This document shows, one piece after another, positions 57,433 through 64,000 of a DNA stretch of 64,000 nucleotides (position 1 is its first letter; every line of letters starts with the position of its first letter). Both the position numbers and the translations under genes were made by a program. The stretch covers positions 18,094 through 82,093 of the forward strand of contig JAIOSF010000032.1 of assembly GCA_021107755.1 (NCBI GenBank). The letters run 5' to 3'. The DNA comes from Arcobacteraceae bacterium (lineage in GTDB: Bacteria; Campylobacterota; Campylobacteria; Campylobacterales; Arcobacteraceae). Under the pieces are notes generated by a model that searched no databases, was not told where the DNA came from, and was given only the letters and a program-made list of their open reading frames with translations.

Positions 57433-58438
57433 AAAATTCATGATAGTAACTATTGCTTATCTTAATATATATGCAATGACCGCCGTAACAGATATTACAA
57501 GTTATCAATATTTGATAAGTGGTATCAAACAATATACACAGATGATCAATGGTATTACACAACAAATACAATCACTTGGTGGTATTCGTAGTTCTGTAGA
57601 AGATTTAAAAGATGCCCTTAATTCTTCTAAATCTGAACTTACTGGCTCTTTAGCTTCATTAGAAAAAGCGAGAAACAATTTAAAAAACACAGTTGACAAT
57701 ACAGAAATAAAAAGTTTATTTGACATGAACGCAGCACGAAAAAGTGCAAGTGGTACTGGTATAGCTTATGATGATATAGCAAAGGTATTTTCTGATAGCT
57801 TTAAAAAAGCCGATGATGGACTAGTGAATTTATTAGGTGGCAAAGAAAAAGCAAAAGAATTTTTGTCAACACAATATAAAATCAATCAAGGACTTGACAC
57901 AACTAATGTCGATGATTTTATGACTATTATGAATAATAAAGAGTTAGTAGATCCAATTAAGATCAAAGAAAATATTTTAATCAAAGATTATATAGATGAG
58001 ACTCATAAAATGGATAGAGATGCTAAACAATCAGTTGCAGCTGAATTGATAAGTGAAGAGTGGAAAGCTACTTTTTTCCCATCATCAGAAGAAGAGATCG
58101 AGGCAATCGAAAAAAGAACAGAAAGATTAAAAGAGCTTAGCGAATTTATAGAGAACTCAAAAGATGTTAAACAATCAATAAAAACAACAAATATGATTTT
58201 AATGGAGATGTTACAGTTGTTACAAAAAGATTTTAATTCGGCTTTACACTATAGAAATGCTATGGCTTCATTATTTTTAAAAAATGGTGAAGGTTCAAAG
58301 TTAGCACTAGAGCTTGAAAAGAGATATGAGGAAATAGATAATACATCAAAAGGACTACCCAAGTCACTGAAAAAAAGTAAATTATCAATAATGGAAGGTA
58401 GTAATCCATATGGAATAGGTTGGAGGCCATTGAAATGA
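57425..58438 (+). CDS. secreted coiled-coil protein, TrbJ/VirB5-like
   Basis: Signal peptide. VTDITSYQYLISGIKQYTQMINGITQQIQSL resembles a TrbJ/VirB5 N-terminus. Followed by a polytopic membrane protein. Confidence 0.4.
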   Translation: MIKKFMIVTIAYLNIYAMTAVTDITSYQYLISGIKQYTQMINGITQQIQSLGGIRSSVEDLKDALNSSKSELTGSLASLEKARNNLKNTVDNTEIKSLFDMNAARKSASGTGIAYDDIAKVFSDSFKKADDGLVNLLGGKEKAKEFLSTQYKINQGLDTTNVDDFMTIMNNKELVDPIKIKENILIKDYIDETHKMDRDAKQSVAAELISEEWKATFFPSSEEEIEAIEKRTERLKELSEFIENSKDVKQSIKTTNMILMEMLQLLQKDFNSALHYRNAMASLFLKNGEGSKLALELEKRYEEIDNTSKGLPKSLKKSKLSIMEGSNPYGIGWRPLK

Positions 58439-59322
58439 ACAAAAGTACTATAGAACTAGTAGCAGACTTATATGACACTGCACTAAGTAATATATTTAAA
58501 CATATTTATACAGTAAGTGCAAATACAATAGAGGGTTTTTTACCTGCATTTATTTCATTGTATTTTATTGTTATGGGCTATAAGTGGATGATAGGAGATA
58601 TGGCAAAAGGTAAGAAAAACTTTTTTAGAGTATTTATATTTTTACCTATATTGATATCTTTTATATTTAACTATAAATTTTACTTGGAATATATAGTTAC
58701 ACCAATATTTATGTTAAAAGATTATGTTGTTGCAGCTATAAATGAAATAACTACTAATGCAAATGATGTAAATACATTTAAAAAGCTTGATACAACTTAC
58801 ATAAACTTATTTTCTTATGTAAAGAATGAGCTAATGGGTAATATTATAACAAGTACACTTGATTTTTTCCTTGGAGTAATAGTTCTTATTATATATGGAG
58901 CACTATATATTTGGACAGGGTTTTATATGATTGCTTCTCTTGTTTTAACTTCTTTATTTTTAATGATAGGACCATTTCCAGCAATTTTATTTGCATTTGA
59001 TTCTACTCAACATATAACTATGGCATGGATTAGAACAATTGCAACATATTTTTTATTTGCTGTTTTTGCTGCTTTTTTTATGATATTTAATTATTGGATT
59101 TCTCAATCTGTGGTCTCTGAAATTGAAACAAATATGGAGTATTTATTTTTATTAATAGTATCAGGATCTATACAAATTATATTTGTAAAATCTATACCTG
59201 AATATGTGAATGCTATCACAGGTGCAATGTCAAGCGGAGGCGATGCTATGAGTGGTGTTTCACAAGCCTTTAAGTGGGGTAATTTAACGGGTAGAAGCGT
59301 AAGTAGCGTAATGAGAAAATAA
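58420..59322 (+). CDS. polytopic membrane protein, TrbL/VirB6-like
   Basis: 300 aa, about 6 TM helices. Overlaps the upstream gene. Confidence 0.4.
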   Translation: MEAIEMNKSTIELVADLYDTALSNIFKHIYTVSANTIEGFLPAFISLYFIVMGYKWMIGDMAKGKKNFFRVFIFLPILISFIFNYKFYLEYIVTPIFMLKDYVVAAINEITTNANDVNTFKKLDTTYINLFSYVKNELMGNIITSTLDFFLGVIVLIIYGALYIWTGFYMIASLVLTSLFLMIGPFPAILFAFDSTQHITMAWIRTIATYFLFAVFAAFFMIFNYWISQSVVSEIETNMEYLFLLIVSGSIQIIFVKSIPEYVNAITGAMSSGGDAMSGVSQAFKWGNLTGRSVSSVMRK

Positions 59323-59332
59323 GGAGAAATAA

Positions 59333-59671
59333 ATGACACTAGAAGATACATTAAAATTAATATTAGACAAGTTAGCAGATCAACAAGAGTTGCTGCAACT
59401 TTCTATCTCGACTTTAACTACTAAAAAAGAGGTAGCTAGGTTTTTAAATAAAAGTGAAAAAACAATAGACAACTATGTGAAAAATAATACTTTAAAAAAA
59501 GATATACATTATTTTTACAATGAAAAAGATAGAGTTGAGTTTATCCCTTTTGCTATATTGGAGTTTAAAAAAGCTCCTAAAATAGTTATTGTAAAAGATA
59601 ACATTGATGAAACTAAAAAGATGTATCATAGTTCAGTAAATAGTATAACTCAAGGTTTAAAAGTTGGCTGA
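59333..59671 (+). CDS. excisionase/AlpA-like HTH protein
   Basis: LTTKKEVARFLNKSEKTIDNYVKNNTL. Lies immediately upstream of and overlapping the integrase. Confidence 0.5.
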   Translation: MTLEDTLKLILDKLADQQELLQLSISTLTTKKEVARFLNKSEKTIDNYVKNNTLKKDIHYFYNEKDRVEFIPFAILEFKKAPKIVIVKDNIDETKKMYHSSVNSITQGLKVG

Positions 59672-60812
59672 TAATATCAAATATAACTATATGGACTTTA
59701 AGTTTACTATCTTTGTTAAAAATGGTAAATGGTGGTTAGATTTTTACTATCAAAAAAAGAGATCTAAACGAAGTACAAAATTAGCCAATACAAAAGAAAA
59801 TTTAGTAATAGTCAAAAAAGAGATCATTCCCTCTGTTGTTGAATATTTAACTGGAGATATCCAACTTATTCAAGAACAGAAAGAATACACACTCAAGAGT
59901 TTTGCAGAAGAATATTTTACAATTCATAAAAAAGATGTAAGAGAGCATACATACAAAAGAAATGTAAATCATTTTAATAAACATATTTTACCATATTTTG
60001 GGCATAGGCTATTAGCAAGTCTTTTACCTATGGAACTTGAGAAGTGGCAATATAAATTATTAGAAAACTATAGGATCTTAACAGTACAAAAATTTAGATC
60101 TATTTTATACTCAATTTTTGATATGGCAGTATTAAATGATATATTAGATAAAAACCCATTATCAAAAGTTAAAGCTCCTAAAGTACAAAAAGAGTTTTTA
60201 TTGGATAGTAGTAATGATGAAGTGCAACCATTTACAACTGATGAAATAAAGTTATTGTTAGAACATACAACAGGTTATATGCATAACTTTATATTGTTTA
60301 TGTATTCATCTGGAATAAGACCAGGGGAAATTATTGCATTAAATTGGAAAGATATAGATTTTGATAAAAAACAAATAGCAGTGTATAAAACAATTGTAAA
60401 TAATAAGATAGGTAATCCTAAAACTCAATCAAGTGTTAGAAATGTGGATATGCTGCCAATGGCACAAAAAGCACTAGAAAGTCAATATAAGCTTACTAAA
60501 GAGTATGAATATGTTTTTGTAAACTCTTCAAATAAATACTTTTATTCTCATGATATTATAAATTTGAATTTTAAAAGATTATTGAAGTTAAATAATATTG
60601 AACAAAGAACATTGTATAATTTGCGACATACATTCGCATCACAACTTATAAGTAATGGTGCTGATATAGTTTGGGTAAGTAAGATGTTAGGGCATAAAGA
60701 TGTTTCTATCACTTTAAAAGTTTATACCAAATTTATAAAAGAAAATGAAGATACTAGATTTAAGAAAATTGAACAAATGGGGACTATTTTGGGGACTGTT
60801 TCAGGTTTTTAA
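59664..60812 (+). CDS. tyrosine-type site-specific integrase
   Basis: 382 aa. GIRPGEIIAL, LRHTFASQLISNGADI, LGHKDVSITLKVYTKF. Its end lies 34 nt from attR. Confidence 0.9.
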   Translation: MADNIKYNYMDFKFTIFVKNGKWWLDFYYQKKRSKRSTKLANTKENLVIVKKEIIPSVVEYLTGDIQLIQEQKEYTLKSFAEEYFTIHKKDVREHTYKRNVNHFNKHILPYFGHRLLASLLPMELEKWQYKLLENYRILTVQKFRSILYSIFDMAVLNDILDKNPLSKVKAPKVQKEFLLDSSNDEVQPFTTDEIKLLLEHTTGYMHNFILFMYSSGIRPGEIIALNWKDIDFDKKQIAVYKTIVNNKIGNPKTQSSVRNVDMLPMAQKALESQYKLTKEYEYVFVNSSNKYFYSHDIINLNFKRLLKLNNIEQRTLYNLRHTFASQLISNGADIVWVSKMLGHKDVSITLKVYTKFIKENEDTRFKKIEQMGTILGTVSGF

Positions 60813-60845
60813 ATCTAAGATTGCTTTAAATAAAGGGTTTTAAAG

Positions 60846-61220
60846 GTGCAAATAAGAGTATATTACGAAGATACAGATGCTGGTGGAATTGTTTATCATG
60901 CAAATTATTTGAATTTTTGTGAAAGAGCTAGAAGTGAGTTTTTTTTTAGAAAAGAGATGTTGCCTATAGTTGATGGGGCACATTTTGTTGTTCGTAAAAT
61001 GAGTTGTGATTTTATATCTAGTGCAAAATTTGGTGATGTGGTAGAAGTGACAACACAAGTTACTCAAATGAAAGGTTCCTCTTTTGAATTGTTTCATGAA
61101 ATTTATAGAGATGAAGAGCTTTTATTTAGTTCAACTGTTTTGTTAGTACTAGTGGATAATGGAAAAGTAAAAAGATTAACAAAAGATATTCAAAATTTAT
61201 TGAACTCACTTTTTCATTAG
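60846..61220 (+). CDS. YbgC-like 4HBT acyl-CoA thioesterase
   Basis: MQIRVYYEDTDAGGIVYHANYLNFCERARSEFF. GTG start supplied by element DNA. Confidence 0.85.
   Translation: MQIRVYYEDTDAGGIVYHANYLNFCERARSEFFFRKEMLPIVDGAHFVVRKMSCDFISSAKFGDVVEVTTQVTQMKGSSFELFHEIYRDEELLFSSTVLLVLVDNGKVKRLTKDIQNLLNSLFH
60847..60875 (+). repeat. attR: 29-bp direct repeat
   Basis: Identical to 51831-51859. Confidence 0.8.
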
Positions 61221-61285
61221 CAATTTATTTTCAGCATATTTTAGATAAAATCAAACAATATAATTTTAACTAAAATAGGAATGAA

Positions 61286-62320
61286 ATGATTGTAAATATC
61301 ACCCTCCCTGACACCTCATACGACATAACAATAGATAACTTACAACAAATAGATATAGATAAAAAAGTAGTGGTTGTAACAAATCCAACTATCTCAAAGT
61401 TACATTTAGATTATTTGCTTTCAAAAATTAAGGCAAAAGATTTAAGTGTAGTTACTATTCCAGACGGGGAACAATACAAAACTTTAAAAACAATAGAAGA
61501 TATTTTAGAACATTGTTTTACCCATAAACTTAATAGAAGTTCAGTATTAATAGCTTTTGGTGGTGGTGTAATAGGTGATATGACAGGATTTACTGCAAGT
61601 ATTTATCAAAGAGGTATAGACTTTATACAGATACCAACAACACTTTTAAGTCAAGTAGATGCAAGTGTAGGTGGAAAAACTGGTATTAATAATAAGTTTG
61701 GTAAAAATCTTGTTGGGGCATTTCATCAACCAATTGCTGTACATATTGATCCACATTTTTTAACAACACTTCCAAAAAGAGAGTTTGGTGCAGGAGTTGC
61801 AGAGATTATAAAAATGGCAGTGTGTTTTAATAAAGATTTTTTCCAATGGATTGAAAATAATGATTTATATGATCCTGAAAATATAAAAGTAGCAATTCAA
61901 AAGTCAGTAGAAACAAAAGCTTGGGTAGTAAGTCAAGATGAGAAAGAGAAAGGGCTTCGTGCTGCACTAAACTATGGGCATACTTTTGGCCATGTGGTTG
62001 AAAATGAGACAAATTATGATACATACTTACATGGGGAAGCTGTAGGTATTGGGATGATGATGGCAAATGATGTTTCAGTTAAATTAGGACTAATGAGTTT
62101 AGATGATGCAACAAGAGTAAGATCTACTTTAGAAAGATATGAAATTCCTACAACTTACAAAATAAGAGATGTGGAAGATTTTTATGAACATTTTTTCTTA
62201 GATAAAAAATCATTAGATGATAAAATTAAATTTATACTAGCTGTTGGTATTGGTGATTGTAAGATTACAGATGAAGTTTCAAAAAATGATGTGATAGATG
62301 TTTTAAAGGATTTTAGTTGA
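61286..62320 (+). CDS. aroB: 3-dehydroquinate synthase
   Basis: GGGVIGDMTGFTAS, PTTLLSQVDASVGGKTGIN, NYGHTFGHVVE. Confidence 0.95.
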   Translation: MIVNITLPDTSYDITIDNLQQIDIDKKVVVVTNPTISKLHLDYLLSKIKAKDLSVVTIPDGEQYKTLKTIEDILEHCFTHKLNRSSVLIAFGGGVIGDMTGFTASIYQRGIDFIQIPTTLLSQVDASVGGKTGINNKFGKNLVGAFHQPIAVHIDPHFLTTLPKREFGAGVAEIIKMAVCFNKDFFQWIENNDLYDPENIKVAIQKSVETKAWVVSQDEKEKGLRAALNYGHTFGHVVENETNYDTYLHGEAVGIGMMMANDVSVKLGLMSLDDATRVRSTLERYEIPTTYKIRDVEDFYEHFFLDKKSLDDKIKFILAVGIGDCKITDEVSKNDVIDVLKDFS

Positions 62321-63957
62321 AAAATATATTTAAAATTTTAGTTGTATTTATTGTATTAGTTTCATCCATTATAGCTGAAGATACACAAGTAGTTGTAGAT
62401 AAAAAAGAGGCAGATGCTCAAAAAATAATCACTTTACAAAAAGAGCTTATTGATATCAATGAAGAATTATCTACAAATATTTGGATAACAAGATACAATA
62501 ACTATTTAACATATCGAAAACTTGAAAAAGAGTTAGCAAAAATTAAAGTAGATGCTAAAAAATATGCTAATTGGAAAGGTGAAAAATATAAAGAACTTTC
62601 TTATCAGCTTTATAACAAAATTAAAATTAAAGAAAATGAGTTAGAGTTAATAAGTGAATATAAAGACTCCCCAATTGGTAAACAAATAACACCCCCAACT
62701 ATAGAAAAAATACCATCAGTAACAAATCCAGTTGCTATTATAGAAGCTATGACTTATATTCAGCAATTAGACGAAAGTTTGGATAGTTATAATAGTATTA
62801 AAAAAGAGTTACAAAAAGTTCTTGTAAAACTTGAATCAAAGACCACAATTTTAAAAAGTATGTATGATTTGGGAAAAGATGAAAAAACACAAGAGTTATT
62901 GGAAAAAACAATATCAGAAGTGAAAGATTTTACAATGGTAGTTGACATTGTTTCAACTACTAGTGAAGTGTATACAAAAAAAGTTTTACAAACAAGACAA
63001 GAGGTAAAAAACTCTATTACAGATGAAATTTGGCATACGGTTAAATTACTTTCTATTATTATTGTTCTATTTGGGATAGCTTTTGGGGTAAAAAGAGCTT
63101 TTAAAAAATATGTTGATGATGATGACAAACATTACACAACCAACAAACTTATCAATTTTATTTTTATTGTATTAGTAATATTTATATTGCTATTTTCATA
63201 TATTGATAACGTATCTTATTTAGTTACGATTCTGGGTTTTGCATCTGCTGGGATTGCTATTGCTTTAAAAGATTGGTTTATGTCTATATTTGGATGGATG
63301 GCTATTATGACAAGTGGGGCTATCTCTGTTGGAGATAGAATCAAAGTTACTCGAGATGGAACAGAAGTTGTGGGAGATGTACTGGATATATCGATTTTTA
63401 AAATTGCTGTAAGGGAAGATATTACACTTACTTCATATATGAAAAATAGAAGAACTGGAAGGGTGTTTTTTATCCCTAATAATTATATTTTTACAGATAT
63501 GATTGCAAATTACACATTTGATGAATTACGAACAGTTTGGGATGGGATAGATTTGTATATAACTTTTGAATCTAATCATCAAAGAGCAATAGAGTTAGCA
63601 AAATCAATTGTATCAACACACTCAAAAGGGTATACTGATCTTACTAAAAAAAGATTACAAAAAATGAGAAGAAAATATGTGTTACGAAGTGCAAATCCTG
63701 AACCTAGAGTATTTTCTTTTATTGAGCCTTATGGGATAGTGATATCTTCTTGGTACCATACAAATTCTTACGCTACTTTAGCTTTAAGAAGTACTATTAG
63801 TATGGAAATACTTGAAGCTTTTAAAGCAGCGGATGATATACATATAGCTTACCCTACACAAACATTACGAGTATCTGCGAATGCACAAGTTGAAGCAGAA
63901 AACTTACTCCCAGGTGGAAGTGCGAATGGACTATTTGATGGTCCCATTTCAAACTAA
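62317..63957 (+). CDS. MscS-family mechanosensitive channel with N-terminal periplasmic coiled-coil domain
   Basis: 546 aa. Signal peptide, TM helices, then GDRIKV...GDVLDISIFKIAVRE beta-domain. Confidence 0.85.
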   Translation: MKNIFKILVVFIVLVSSIIAEDTQVVVDKKEADAQKIITLQKELIDINEELSTNIWITRYNNYLTYRKLEKELAKIKVDAKKYANWKGEKYKELSYQLYNKIKIKENELELISEYKDSPIGKQITPPTIEKIPSVTNPVAIIEAMTYIQQLDESLDSYNSIKKELQKVLVKLESKTTILKSMYDLGKDEKTQELLEKTISEVKDFTMVVDIVSTTSEVYTKKVLQTRQEVKNSITDEIWHTVKLLSIIIVLFGIAFGVKRAFKKYVDDDDKHYTTNKLINFIFIVLVIFILLFSYIDNVSYLVTILGFASAGIAIALKDWFMSIFGWMAIMTSGAISVGDRIKVTRDGTEVVGDVLDISIFKIAVREDITLTSYMKNRRTGRVFFIPNNYIFTDMIANYTFDELRTVWDGIDLYITFESNHQRAIELAKSIVSTHSKGYTDLTKKRLQKMRRKYVLRSANPEPRVFSFIEPYGIVISSWYHTNSYATLALRSTISMEILEAFKAADDIHIAYPTQTLRVSANAQVEAENLLPGGSANGLFDGPISN

Positions 63958-63961
63958 AAAT

Positions 63962-64000
63962 ATGAAAAAAGTTTTTTTTAAAACCTTTGGGTGTCGTACC
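63962..64000 (+). CDS. radical-SAM methylthiotransferase (MiaB/RimO family), first 13 codons only
   Basis: MKKVFFKTFGCRT is typical of the UPF0004 N-terminal domain (FGC-x-x-N). Truncated by the window edge. Confidence 0.4.
   Translation, partial: MKKVFFKTFGCRT

Larger units (their letters stand above)
51831..60875 (+). mobile_element. ~9-kb integrative (mobilizable?) element inserted in the 5' end of a ybgC-like gene
   Basis: Flanking 29-bp direct repeats. An integrase plus Xis-like pair abuts attR. Also a second tyrosine recombinase, MobC-like and Rep-like genes, repeat arrays and a VirB5/VirB6-like pair. Confidence 0.8.

Noticed and set aside
60840-61097. 85-aa minus-strand ORF.
   Set aside because: Antisense to the well-supported YbgC-like thioesterase gene.

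Overview
AT-rich bacterial chromosomal window (GC looks below 30% by eye, not computed). The housekeeping proteins (PurL, MoaA, PurH, GlmS, MetK, AccD, Ung, MutY, AroB) suggest an Arcobacter-like Campylobacterota genome; this is inference, no search was run. There are three blocks. (1) 1-22.5 kb is a long, mostly minus-strand biosynthetic gene cluster that runs off the left edge. It combines aryl-polyene (APE) type-II-FAS-like genes (2 KS, 2 CLF-like, 2 ACP, KR, 2 hotdog DH) with an MIO ammonia-lyase, an adenylating ligase and a flavin-dependent halogenase. It also carries an LpxL-like acyltransferase, a GT2, export/localisation genes (ABC, MMPL, LolA-like), four tandem lipoproteins, a BtrH-like protein and a DarA/DarB-like dialkylresorcinol module. 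Overall this is a flexirubin-type architecture. (2) 22.7-51.8 kb is mostly core metabolism with small accessory islets: a pentapeptide-repeat membrane protein next to a HigB/HigA-like TA pair, an EncFtn-encapsulin operon, and a NYN/LOTUS protein. Two inverted copies of a ~165-nt long-hairpin element with compensatory stem substitutions sit at 22565-22728 and 47225-47392. (3) 51831-60875 is a ~9-kb integrative element bounded by a 29-bp direct repeat inside the first codons of a ybgC-like thioesterase gene. It carries two tyrosine recombinases, an Xis-like protein, a tandem-duplicated MobC-like protein and a 21-bp-phased repeat array. It also has phased operator-like boxes, a nested palindrome, a Rep-like gene with internal dyad repeats (lambda O/ori-like layout) and an orphan VirB5/VirB6-like pair. 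No rRNA, tRNA or CRISPR array was recognised. All functional calls rest on motifs read from the translations and on remembered family features; no database search was possible.
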